From Patescibacteria group bacterium (lineage in GTDB: Bacteria > Patescibacteriota > Minisyncoccia > Phycocordibacterales > Phycocordibacteraceae): 64,000 bases of DNA. The stretch lies in assembly GCA_004322365.1 (NCBI GenBank), contig SCTS01000005.1, positions 3,697 through 67,696 on the forward strand, read 5' to 3'. This document shows positions 55,468 to 64,000 of the stretch, piece by piece (the stretch's first letter is position 1; each line of letters opens with the position of its first letter). Under the pieces are notes generated by a model. The model saw only the letters and a program-made list of their open reading frames with translations. It was not told where the DNA came from and did not search any database. The translations under genes were made by a program, and so were the position numbers.

Positions 55468-56013
55468 ATGATCGATCCAATAGTTACCAAAGGCGCAAAA
55501 ATCCTCAAACAAAAAATGAAGGAGGTTCCGAAGAACCTTTTTGGAACTGCGGAACTCCGAGATATTTTGCACCGCATGTCGCACTCCCTTCGAAGCACTT
55601 CGCACGGTGTTGCAATAGCTGCAAATCAAATAGGTATTCCCTACCGTATCTTCGTCGTACGAGGATTTGTTCTTGAAAGCAAAGACAGAAACGATGTCGC
55701 CCTCAAGCCAGATGATGATGCCGACTATGCGTTCATTAATCCTAAAATAGTAAAAATTTCGAGAAAAAAAGAACTCCTTGATGAAGCATGTCTTTCAGTA
55801 CCGGGGTTTCATGGCACTATAAAGCGTTCTCTTCAAGCAACCGTACGTGCCTATGACGAGGAAGGAATTCGTTTTGAGCGAGGTGGGAGTGGATTACTTG
55901 CACAAATTTTTCAGCATGAGACAGATCATCTTGAAGGAATTCTCTATGTAGATAAAGCAGTGGAGGTGCTGAAAACAAAAGAAGAAAGTGAGTTAGAAAA
56001 AGAAGAAAAATAG
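55468..56013 (+). CDS. def: Peptide deformylase
   Basis: GVAIAANQIG, EACLS and QHETDHLEG motifs. Confidence 0.96.
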   Translation: MIDPIVTKGAKILKQKMKEVPKNLFGTAELRDILHRMSHSLRSTSHGVAIAANQIGIPYRIFVVRGFVLESKDRNDVALKPDDDADYAFINPKIVKISRKKELLDEACLSVPGFHGTIKRSLQATVRAYDEEGIRFERGGSGLLAQIFQHETDHLEGILYVDKAVEVLKTKEESELEKEEK

Positions 56014-56040
56014 AAACACCGCATCAATACAATTAATTGT

Positions 56041-56904
56041 ATGGTACAAAAAAGTAAATTACGAATAGTATTTTTTGGGACTCCTTCTTTTTCAACATTT
56101 GTACTTGACGAACTAGAGAGCGCTGGAATACTCCCCGCACTCATTGTAACGGTCCCAGATAAACCGGCCGACAGAGGACTCCTCATAAAATCCTCCCCGG
56201 TAAAAGCATGGGGTGAAGAAAGAAGCATTGATGTGCTTCAACCTGAACGTTTAGATTTTTCAGATCCTGCCGCAGACATTATCTTAAACAGTGAGTGGGA
56301 TATGTTTATTGTTGCAGGATATGGAAAACTCCTTCCTTCTGCGCTTCTTGCGATTCCAAAATATGGCACCTTAAATGTGCATCCATCACTCTTACCAAAG
56401 TTTCGTGGCCCGTCCCCTATTGAAAGCCAGATACTGAGCAACTCAAAGGAAGTGGGTGTATCTATCATTCTTCTTGATGAGGAAACTGACCACGGACCAA
56501 TACTTGCGCAAGCTTCCATTACCCCAGAACCATGGCCATTTAGAAGAAACATGGTTGAGGATCTTTTGTGGCACGAAGGTGGAAAACTCTTAGCTGAATC
56601 CATTCCGCTTGTTGTGGACGGCTCACTCAAAGCAGAAGCGCAAAATCACATAGAGGCAACCTTCACACCAAAATTAAAGAAAGAAGATGGGCTCATTGAC
56701 CTCGCTGATGACGCCTATCAAAATTATCTCAAGTTCTGTGCGTACGAAGGCTGGCCAGGAACATACTTCTTTACAAAAAGAGGAGATAAAGAAATACGCA
56801 TCAAAATTATGGACGCAACATATGAAGACGGAACCTTCACTCCTACTCGCATCATTCCTGAAGGAAAAAAAGAAATGGACTACGCAGACTTCCTACGCTC
56901 GTAA
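56041..56904 (+). CDS. fmt: Methionyl-tRNA formyltransferase
   Basis: FFGTP.F, NVHPSLLPKFRGPSP and D.GP motifs. Confidence 0.95.
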   Translation: MVQKSKLRIVFFGTPSFSTFVLDELESAGILPALIVTVPDKPADRGLLIKSSPVKAWGEERSIDVLQPERLDFSDPAADIILNSEWDMFIVAGYGKLLPSALLAIPKYGTLNVHPSLLPKFRGPSPIESQILSNSKEVGVSIILLDEETDHGPILAQASITPEPWPFRRNMVEDLLWHEGGKLLAESIPLVVDGSLKAEAQNHIEATFTPKLKKEDGLIDLADDAYQNYLKFCAYEGWPGTYFFTKRGDKEIRIKIMDATYEDGTFTPTRIIPEGKKEMDYADFLRS

Positions 56905-56941
56905 TTTCAGCTACCTTTCATTACTTGAAGCTAAGAAACCC

Positions 56942-56983
56942 CCGTATAGTATAATTTAACGGTCGTTAAATTATACTATACAG
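56942..56983. repeat. 42-bp palindrome, copy 4
   Basis: CCGTATAGTATAATTTAACGG|TCGTTAAATTATACTATACAG, with flanks AAACCC/GGGTTT extending the stem. Confidence 0.9.
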
Positions 56984-57176
56984 GGGTTTTTAACACGCTA
57001 GGTTTTTGATGAGTGATCTTTTTACCTTTTCCTCCCTCTGGGTGATATTCACCCTGCTTGCGTACAAAACTAATAAAAAGCGCGGCTATTCTGTCTACAA
57101 CTTCTGGTTCAAGGTTTGGATCAAATGGATTGAGAGTGCTTGGATCAGGTACTTCTTCTTTCTTTCCCTCTCCCAT
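56976..57176 (-). CDS. Small hypothetical protein
   Basis: 66-aa ORF whose stop lies in the palindrome. Confidence 0.4.
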   Translation of the reverse strand: MGEGKKEEVPDPSTLNPFDPNLEPEVVDRIAALFISFVRKQGEYHPEGGKGKKITHQKPSVLKTPV

Positions 57177-57197
57177 ATTTTTTGTATAAAAATAGAA

Positions 57198-57368
57198 CTA
57201 ATTATCTGTAATCAAAATTTGAAAATCTTCTGGACCAGCCTCGTATATTCGCGCCTTTTGACCTGGCTGAAGTCTGGACTGCACGGCAGTAAACTCTCTG
57301 AGGGCTTGCTCGCGAGTTGGAAGACTGATGTAAAACCACTCATCAGATTTTAGACTTTCTGTAGACAT
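57198..57368 (-). CDS. Small hypothetical protein (56 aa)
   Basis: Manual ORF MSTESLKSDEWFY..., downstream of a consensus promoter. Confidence 0.5.
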   Translation of the reverse strand: MSTESLKSDEWFYISLPTREQALREFTAVQSRLQPGQKARIYEAGPEDFQILITDN

Positions 57369-57397
57369 ATTTTCTATATATTAGCCTTTACATAAAA

Positions 57398-57425
57398 ATT
57401 ATACCTTCACCGAGGTAAGTGTCAA
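57398..57425 (-). promoter_or_regulatory. Consensus promoter
   Basis: TTGACA-N16-TATAAT. Confidence 0.75.
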
Positions 57426-57445
57426 TAGAGCTAAAAACACATACC

Positions 57446-58774
57446 TTAATCGAGATACTCTCTCGTGAGATTTCGAATGCCAGTTTCTATCACCAACACA
57501 TCATCTTCTATGCGCACTCCACCGTAAGGCGCAAGGCGATCAATAAGCTCCCAGTTAAAATGTTTTGCGGTATCGCCATCTCTGTGTGAACGAAGCAACA
57601 TTTCAATAAAATAGACACCTGGCTCTATGGTAAACACGTGCCCAACTTCCATCATCGTATTCGTTCGTAGATTTTCCGTCTCGACAGTCTGCTGTGAATA
57701 TTTTTTTACTCCCCCGACATCATGCACTTGGAGTCCGAGCATATGCCCAACGCCGTGCGGGAAAAATGCCTTAGTTAGTCCAAGGCTCACCGCTTCCTCA
57801 CCGCTTACATTCAAAATACGGAGCGAAGAAAGTAAGTCTCCAATCTTTTTATGCGCTTCCTTTTGTAAATCCACAAAAGAAAGTCCTGGTTTCGCAAGAA
57901 CACAAAGCTCCCGCTGAAGCGTTTCAACGCCGGCAAGAAGTTTAGCAAAAAGAGGGTCGGCATCAGGTGCTACAAATGTACGGGTTACATCTGATGCATA
58001 CCCGAGGTAATTTGCGCCTGCATCGAGGAGTAATGATTTACCACCCCTTATCTCTGTACGCTTTCCTTGATAGTGAAGAGTCGAACCTTTCTCATTAAGG
58101 GCCACAATGGTTTCATAGGGTAACTCTTTTTCAGTACAACCAACGCCATACATATACACCTGATGAATTGCGAGCTCCGAAGCACCGGTCAGGAACATTT
58201 GCTTCGCTACCGCGTGACCTTTGGCAGCAATCTCGTTGGCTTTTGAGATACATGCAATTTCATATTCAGTCTTAAAGCTCCTATTCTTGTCCAAAGAAGC
58301 AATGAGTTCAGACGGGTTTATGCAATCCTCTACAATCCCTCGTTTTTTCGTCCACTCTGGGTTGTCGCCAATATATGCAATGCGCTGAATATTGGACCTC
58401 ATAGGTTCCATATTCAAAAGCTCTTGCCAAGCTGAATCGGCATTGGACACTTCGCGGAAGTCGAATTCTGAAAGCCAGAAATTGTTTTTAAGTGAAGTTT
58501 GTTCATGCCAAAAATCATCGGGCTTTACACGAATCAGTAGCGGTTTAATATTCGGGTGTATTAAAAGAAAATTACCTGGTTCGTTCAAAGGTGTCCAGTG
58601 TGCAAAGTGTGCATACGCACGAAACGGTGCGTCTTGGTCATCGGTATAGTATCGAAGTGGAGTGCCGGAATAAATAATAAGAGCATCAAATCCTGAAATA
58701 GAAATAATATCTAAAACCTTTTGTTTTTGTTCAGTAATGTGCGCAGAATAAAGAGAAAGAATCTCGTCTTTCAT
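57446..58774 (-). CDS. pepQ: Xaa-Pro dipeptidase (prolidase, M24B)
   Basis: LLDAGA...GYASD.TRT, PHG.GH.LGLQVHDV, TIEPG.YF and GGVRIED motifs. Confidence 0.92.
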   Translation of the reverse strand: MKDEILSLYSAHITEQKQKVLDIISISGFDALIIYSGTPLRYYTDDQDAPFRAYAHFAHWTPLNEPGNFLLIHPNIKPLLIRVKPDDFWHEQTSLKNNFWLSEFDFREVSNADSAWQELLNMEPMRSNIQRIAYIGDNPEWTKKRGIVEDCINPSELIASLDKNRSFKTEYEIACISKANEIAAKGHAVAKQMFLTGASELAIHQVYMYGVGCTEKELPYETIVALNEKGSTLHYQGKRTEIRGGKSLLLDAGANYLGYASDVTRTFVAPDADPLFAKLLAGVETLQRELCVLAKPGLSFVDLQKEAHKKIGDLLSSLRILNVSGEEAVSLGLTKAFFPHGVGHMLGLQVHDVGGVKKYSQQTVETENLRTNTMMEVGHVFTIEPGVYFIEMLLRSHRDGDTAKHFNWELIDRLAPYGGVRIEDDVLVIETGIRNLTREYLD

Positions 58775-59142
58775 GAGCCACTAAACCCTCGGAAAAAATC
58801 TTTTATTTTTGTAGCACCACGGCGCATGAGCGTGCGCTTGCGCTCAAAAGTCTTTCGGATTTCCCTTCGTGCCTCTTCAGCCACTACCTCAACTGCGTGA
58901 TGGAGAGTTTCTTCTATCGCTTCCGCGCGCACAAAACCACCAGCAAACCGCACATTGATTTCAGCACGAAATACATCACCTGTTTTTTGTCCGCGCGTGG
59001 TTGTTGCAAGCTCTATATCCGCCATCGTACTCGTATCATAAGAGTCAAGAAGATGTTCAATTTTACGCACCTTTTCCGCAACAAACTCACGGAGCTCTTC
59101 CGTTAAAATTACCGAACCGCTGGCTTTGAGATTTGTGTGCAT
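58771..59142 (-). CDS. Ribosome hibernation factor HPF/RaiA family
   Basis: LTE.L..FV..K, AE.N and RAEA....L..A pattern. Confidence 0.8.
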   Translation of the reverse strand: MHTNLKASGSVILTEELREFVAEKVRKIEHLLDSYDTSTMADIELATTTRGQKTGDVFRAEINVRFAGGFVRAEAIEETLHHAVEVVAEEARREIRKTFERKRTLMRRGATKIKDFFRGFSGS

Positions 59143-59151
59143 ATTTGGAAG

Positions 59152-59397
59152 TTATCTCTTATAAACTAATATCATCTTACTACGGGACTCAGAACCTTTC
59201 GTGATAATCACATTTTTCCTTGGTACCCCAAAATGCTCGGCAAGTAACTCACAAACCCGTACGTTTGCACGATTATTCTTAGCTGGATCTTTCACGCTAA
59301 CTTCAAGTACACCCTTCTTTCCTTCATTCACAGCATTCTTCTTTGTGTCAGACGTCACACGCACACGAACTATTAGAGGTTCAGTGGGAGTAGTCAT
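59152..59397 (-). CDS. DUF167 (YggU) protein
   Basis: V.V...P....AN, LA..FGV and I..G..SR.K motifs. Confidence 0.88.
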   Translation of the reverse strand: MTTPTEPLIVRVRVTSDTKKNAVNEGKKGVLEVSVKDPAKNNRANVRVCELLAEHFGVPRKNVIITKGSESRSKMILVYKR

Positions 59398-59517
59398 ATA
59401 AATTAATAGTTATCTTCAATATAGAACATTCAGCGTATTGTAGCTCTCCACTACTAAAAATAGAATAGGTTGCATATGCAACCTATTCTATTTTTAGACG
59501 GAGAACTTTCTAGGATG

Positions 59518-60276
59518 TTACTTCCAGAAGCCGAAATGGAAACGGTCCTTGAAAGATTGAATTCTTCCTTTGAATGTTTTGTGTCCATTTACATCCTCAC
59601 GCACTATTCCGACTTTTGTGGCAGTAAAAGTTTTTGTAGCACTATCGTAAGCACCTGAAACCTTTACTTGATCAGCTACCTTGATTTGTGCGAAAGCAAG
59701 AGCAATATCACCATTAGTTATTACGGAACTTGTTGCAAGTTTAACTGTAACAACGCCTTCGGCACCTTTGCTCGCTAACATGAACTTCATATTGACTACA
59801 TCGATACTTTGCACGCTACCGTGAAGTGCTCGAATATTCTCTACCTGTACAGGACGCGACCAATCTTTAACCGCCTTAGCGTCTACGGTCAGTCCTGAAG
59901 TTCCTGTATTGAGTGTTCCTCCGAAACTTATATAGTCACCAATTAGGATTGTAGAGAGCGATGACGATCCATCAGCACGATGAGTAAAGACAGTGTTTGC
60001 ATTTGTACGAACACTCCACGAGAGAACTGTTGCACCAAAAGCAGTCTCTGCACTAATCACTGAACCAGATACGGCAGTGACTTTTGCTCCACGAACAAGT
60101 ACTGAATTGTTATCTTCGATGCGAATTTCAAGCGCTGAACCAACAGCGTGCGGACCTGACCTCTTCTTCCCTTCATTTTCATTTGCTGAAGCAAGAAAAG
60201 GACTAATGAATAAAGAACCGAGCACAATTAATGCTACTGGCGCTACGAGGGCGAAACGTTTAGAGATAGTGTACAT
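59518..60276 (-). CDS. Secreted DUF5666 (OB-like repeat) protein
   Basis: Signal peptide; two repeats ending ..GD.V.V.G......A..V. Confidence 0.7.
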   Translation of the reverse strand: MYTISKRFALVAPVALIVLGSLFISPFLASANENEGKKRSGPHAVGSALEIRIEDNNSVLVRGAKVTAVSGSVISAETAFGATVLSWSVRTNANTVFTHRADGSSSLSTILIGDYISFGGTLNTGTSGLTVDAKAVKDWSRPVQVENIRALHGSVQSIDVVNMKFMLASKGAEGVVTVKLATSSVITNGDIALAFAQIKVADQVKVSGAYDSATKTFTATKVGIVREDVNGHKTFKGRIQSFKDRFHFGFWK

Positions 60277-60382
60277 ATTTTTATGTGTGCACGCGTACTG
60301 CGTGTCTTTTAGAATTAACGGCCTGCCAATCAGACCTACATATAAGACGCCTGACCCCGCATTCTCTTACCAAAAAATACCC

Positions 60383-61225
60383 TTACAGAACAGCTTGGAT
60401 TTCTGAAACAAGACCTTCTGTTGCTTTTCGTGAGGCTTGTGCAAAATCAGCTCCGCTCGATGCAAAAATAATACTTCTCGATGCACTAATTATCATCCCA
60501 AAACCCTTACTGTCTTTTCCTGCCATGACTGTCTTTTGAATATCTCCACCTTGTGCACCAATTCCCGGAATCAAAATTGGCATGTCGCCAATAATAGTCC
60601 GCACCTCGGCAAGCTCTTCAGGATAGGTCGCACCCACAACAACACTACAATTTCCATTTGCATTCCATGAGTTTGCGATATTTCTTGCCACCACCTTGTA
60701 GAGTGGCTCTCCAGAATCAGCAACCTTTAAATTTTGAAATTCTCCCCCTCCCGAATTTGAAGTTTTCACTAATACAATAACCCCCTTATCTTTACGATCA
60801 AGAAACGGCTGAACCGCCTCTTTCCCTAGATATGGATGGATAGTAATGGCATCAGCCCCCAACTCATCAAACACAGCCTTCACATAGTAAAGATTAGTAT
60901 TACCAATATCGGCTCGCTTTGCATCTAAGATAATTGGAATTTCTGCATACGCATCTCTGATGTGTGCCACTGTTCGCGCAAGGGCTCGTGCTCCGGCTTC
61001 TCCGTGTGCTTCATAAAACGCTATATTTGGTTTGTACGCGCACACAAGATCAGCGGTGGCGTCTATAATTTCTCTATTGAAAGCAAAGAGCACTTCTTCA
61101 ATCGACGAATTTTCTGCTTTAAGAACAGCGGGAATTTCTGCAAAATCAGGATCAAGACCAACACAAATCATACCAACCTGCGACCAACGATTCTGTATTT
61201 TTTCTGTAAAAGTGGCTTCTTTCAT
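60383..61225 (-). CDS. pyrF: Orotidine-5'-phosphate decarboxylase
   Basis: CVGLDP, YKPN.AFY, DAKRADIGNT, VVGAT and PGIGAQGG motifs. Confidence 0.95.
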   Translation of the reverse strand: MKEATFTEKIQNRWSQVGMICVGLDPDFAEIPAVLKAENSSIEEVLFAFNREIIDATADLVCAYKPNIAFYEAHGEAGARALARTVAHIRDAYAEIPIILDAKRADIGNTNLYYVKAVFDELGADAITIHPYLGKEAVQPFLDRKDKGVIVLVKTSNSGGGEFQNLKVADSGEPLYKVVARNIANSWNANGNCSVVVGATYPEELAEVRTIIGDMPILIPGIGAQGGDIQKTVMAGKDSKGFGMIISASRSIIFASSGADFAQASRKATEGLVSEIQAVL

Positions 61226-61329
61226 AAGTCTTTTGTAGAACAGAAGGTTGATTATACGACTAAGGCTATATACCTTGCGCCCATGATACTATGAATGGGT
61301 ATAATTATTTAATAAATAAGCACCACACT

Positions 61330-61491
61330 ATGGAGCCAGTTATAGGATATTGCGTTAAGTGTAAGGAGAAGCGTGAAATGAAGGATGCTTCGGAGGTCGC
61401 TATGGGTAAGACCGGAGACCGCCGTGCTATGAAGGGTACCTGCACCGTATGTAGTACGGGTATGTACAAGATTCTCGGCAAGGCAAAATAG
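61330..61491 (+). CDS. DUF5679 zinc-ribbon protein
   Basis: YCVKCKEKREM...KG.C.VC.T.M.KI. Confidence 0.85.
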   Translation: MEPVIGYCVKCKEKREMKDASEVAMGKTGDRRAMKGTCTVCSTGMYKILGKAK

Positions 61492-61501
61492 TTTTTAACT
61501 C

Positions 61502-61536
61502 AAAAAACACCCGCACCTACAGTGCGGGTGTTTTTT
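61502..61536. terminator. Bidirectional terminator
   Basis: AAAAAACACCCGCAC-CTACA-GTGCGGGTGTTTTTT. Confidence 0.85.
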
Positions 61537-62407
61537 GTTTATGCTGACTCAGTAACAGCACACCTAAAAACATCGGTACGAATGCAAAAACTTGCCATAC
61601 GGTTGGAACTGCACTCAAAAGTACATAGGCAAATAGTAATGTAACGAGAGGTGAAAGACTCGCTAGGGCATTTGCCTTCGTAACACTAATACGGTGTATG
61701 CCTTCTATCCAAAGAATTTTACTGAACCCAAAAAGAAAAATACCATTAATCAAAAGAATCCATACGATCCCGCCATCAAAATTAATACTGAGAGGATTTG
61801 TACCGAAGGCATATGCAAGGCAAAAAACTGCGACAGTTGTAACAACGCTACGGACAAACATAATGCTTTCACTCGACACTTCTATCCTCGCCCTTCTTTG
61901 TAATAAATTACCGAAGGGTGCAATCAAAGATGCTCCAAGGATAAGAAGATCTCCTATTTGGAATGCGTGTATATTGGGATAGAGAATTACTCCTGCGGCA
62001 AAAATCATTAACACCGCTCCAATAAGGTGGATTGGTGGAATATGTTCTTTTCTAAATAAATGAAAAAAACAGTAACTAAAAAATAATTCCGACAATGCAA
62101 TAATGCTTGCGTTCCCTGCGCTCGTATACTGCAGACCAAAAAAGAAAAGTATGTAGTAAAGGAATCCCAAAACAAACGCCGTAAGAAGCACATCCTTCAT
62201 CGCGCGAGGATTCCATACATCTGCCCATTTCCCACGCACGGTCAGCAGAGCACCAAAAACTCCTGCCGCAAAAAGAGTGCTCCAACCTAGAGACACCAAT
62301 GGCGTGATTGAGGTGAAAGAAAGGATGGTAATGACAGGAAAAGCTCCCCACAACACTGCCTCAGAAAGAATACATACATCGCCAACGCGTTCACGACTAA
62401 GCTTCAT
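61517..62407 (-). CDS. EamA/DMT family transporter
   Basis: 10 TM; LWG, GLQYTSA.NA and GDLL motifs. Confidence 0.9.
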   Translation of the reverse strand: MKLSRERVGDVCILSEAVLWGAFPVITILSFTSITPLVSLGWSTLFAAGVFGALLTVRGKWADVWNPRAMKDVLLTAFVLGFLYYILFFFGLQYTSAGNASIIALSELFFSYCFFHLFRKEHIPPIHLIGAVLMIFAAGVILYPNIHAFQIGDLLILGASLIAPFGNLLQRRARIEVSSESIMFVRSVVTTVAVFCLAYAFGTNPLSINFDGGIVWILLINGIFLFGFSKILWIEGIHRISVTKANALASLSPLVTLLFAYVLLSAVPTVWQVFAFVPMFLGVLLLSQHKQKTPAL

Positions 62408-62457
62408 GATCTTATTAGTATATATGGATACAGAAAGAAAATGATAGGATTAAAAAC

Positions 62458-63177
62458 ATGGAAATAGTCAGGAATCCCAACGAGGAGACATTGAAACAAG
62501 AAGCCGGCACATACCTCTCGTCCTTGATCGCCAAAGAAGGAAACGCCCCACTACTTATACTTTTCTCAAGTGGCTCTGCACTTGAGATACTTAGCTATGC
62601 CGCTACACCTGAAGATACATCTAATCTCACCCTTGGTGTTTTGGACGAACGATTTACAAAAAATCCAAAAGAAAATAACTGCGTATCTCTGAAAGAAACA
62701 TCGTTCTACAAAAATGTAGTGATCGGAGGCGCACGCATTATTGATACGAGTATGCGCTTTGAGAGAGTCGAGACACTTGCGGAGACCATGAACAGTGCGT
62801 GGGAGAAATGGATTAAAGAGAATCCAGGTGGACATATACTCGCGACTTTTGGCATGGGGGCTGACGGCCATACGTCCGGCATCATGCCGTACCCAGAAGA
62901 TAGCGGGATGTTCGATATACTTTTTGAAGATGAGAGGAAGGCTGTCGTTGGCTACGATGCTCGAGGGAAAAACCCAATACCTCTCCGAGCAACTTCCACA
63001 CTTCCCTTTCTGCGTACGCATATTACAGGAGGGGTAGTCTACATTGCTGGCGAAAACAAACGACCCGCACTAGAGAGAGTGCTCTGCGACACTGGAACAA
63101 TAGCCGAAACACCAGCAAGAATCTTCAAAGAAATGAAATCAATACGGCTGTTTACGAATAGTATAGAAACTAACTAA
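62458..63177 (+). CDS. 6-phosphogluconolactonase/NagB-like protein
   Basis: SSGS, DER, GMG.DGHT and G..K motifs. Confidence 0.85.
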   Translation: MEIVRNPNEETLKQEAGTYLSSLIAKEGNAPLLILFSSGSALEILSYAATPEDTSNLTLGVLDERFTKNPKENNCVSLKETSFYKNVVIGGARIIDTSMRFERVETLAETMNSAWEKWIKENPGGHILATFGMGADGHTSGIMPYPEDSGMFDILFEDERKAVVGYDARGKNPIPLRATSTLPFLRTHITGGVVYIAGENKRPALERVLCDTGTIAETPARIFKEMKSIRLFTNSIETN

Positions 63178-63182
63178 AAAAT

Positions 63183-63809
63183 ATGTTCGGTGGAATTATC
63201 AGGAACACTGAAAAAATACTTAGTGCCGAGATTGTTTCGTCACTATACGAAGTGCGCATCTCAAAGCCAACAGCATGGAGGTTACGGTTGGGTCAAAGTA
63301 TTTCTATTGACGGTATTTGTTCAACTATATCCGCATTGGGTAAAACTTTTTTTGAAGTGCAGTATGTCCCAGAAACCTGCTCTCGAACAACTGCAAAAAC
63401 CTTTATTCCAGGTCGAGTCGTAAACGTAGAGCAGTCCATCACCCTTCGTACATTGCTTGATGGACACATTATCTCAGGACACGTCGATAGTGTGGCTCAT
63501 GTCACGGACTTTAAACACAACGAAGTCAACGGAGTGCTCACGCTTCGTATACCACAGCAACTAATGCACTACATTGTCCCCCAAGGCTCTGTGGCTATAA
63601 ATGGAGTAAGCGTCACAGTACAAACAGTGAAAAGTAACACAATCCATATCGCCCTCATTCCAGAAACTCTTAAACGAACAAACCTTGGAAGCATCGAAAA
63701 AGACAGTGCTGTAAACTTGGAGATAGATATACTGGCCAGATATGCTCTCCGTGCTACGCTAAAACCACATGCAAAGAAAGCACTACGCAAAAAAAAGACC
63801 AACACATAA
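63183..63809 (+). CDS. ribE: Riboflavin synthase (alpha chain)
   Basis: MF.GII, SI..DG.C.T, GH..SGHVD, GS.A.NGVS.T and VNLE.D motifs. Confidence 0.93.
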   Translation: MFGGIIRNTEKILSAEIVSSLYEVRISKPTAWRLRLGQSISIDGICSTISALGKTFFEVQYVPETCSRTTAKTFIPGRVVNVEQSITLRTLLDGHIISGHVDSVAHVTDFKHNEVNGVLTLRIPQQLMHYIVPQGSVAINGVSVTVQTVKSNTIHIALIPETLKRTNLGSIEKDSAVNLEIDILARYALRATLKPHAKKALRKKKTNT

Positions 63810-64000
63810 CGGATCAAAATTATCCTTTGGTATTGCCGTTTCCCGTTTTAATACCGACATAACCTCATCCCTTTTGGAGAGCGCACTCAAAACCCTCAGC
63901 GAGTCAGGGGTGCATAAAAAGAATATAACGATTCTTGAAGTGCCTGGTAGTTTCGAACTACCTTATGCATGCCTCATGCTTTCTCAAAAGAAACCTGACG
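63769..64000 (+). CDS. ribH: 6,7-dimethyl-8-ribityllumazine synthase (partial, runs off window)
   Basis: Manual translation gives GIAVSRFNTDIT..LL..A and VPGSFELP. Confidence 0.9.
   Translation, partial: MQRKHYAKKRPTHNGSKLSFGIAVSRFNTDITSSLLESALKTLSESGVHKKNITILEVPGSFELPYACLMLSQKKPD

Noticed and set aside
1-64000. Genetic code 25 (TGA=Gly) as in Gracilibacteria/Absconditabacteria
   Set aside because: Conserved genes (dnaB, murF-region suhB, priA) are full length in code 11 and several end at TGA.

Overview
Chromosomal window from a reduced-genome bacterium, most likely Patescibacteria/CPR of the Parcubacteria type. This assignment is an inference from class I LysRS, two mreB genes, degenerate PriA and HolB, DUF5667/DUF5666/DUF5679 proteins and scarce Shine-Dalgarno sites; the genetic code is standard code 11. 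Most of the window is housekeeping: rpmA, rplI, dnaB, recR, rplU, glmS, the mraZ-rsmH-ftsL-ftsI-murF block, lysS, greA, mrdA-mreBCD, proS, rseP, frr, alr, murA, priA, def, fmt, pepQ, pyrF and ribE/ribH. Five things stand out. (1) At 1-~4400 is the end of a probable tailless provirus, with a double-jelly-roll-like capsid gene, a basic nucleocapsid-like gene, a holin, an M15 endolysin and a hairpin-dense non-coding region. (2) An accessory island lies downstream of tRNA-Glu, carrying a GHKL kinase/STAS/membrane trio, a 2.7-kb cassette bounded by a 50-bp duplication of the pspC 3' end, hicBA and tRNA-derived structured repeats. (3) A Pro-specifying T-box with an ultrashort Stem I and a terminator sits upstream of the proS operon. 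(4) A leader-peptide attenuator precedes an M14 deacylase. (5) A nested family of intergenic repeats recurs across the window: heptamer arrays, a 42-bp palindrome (4 copies) and a covarying double hairpin (4 copies), often ending in -10 boxes of apparently leaderless genes. All calls come from reading motifs by eye; no searches were run.
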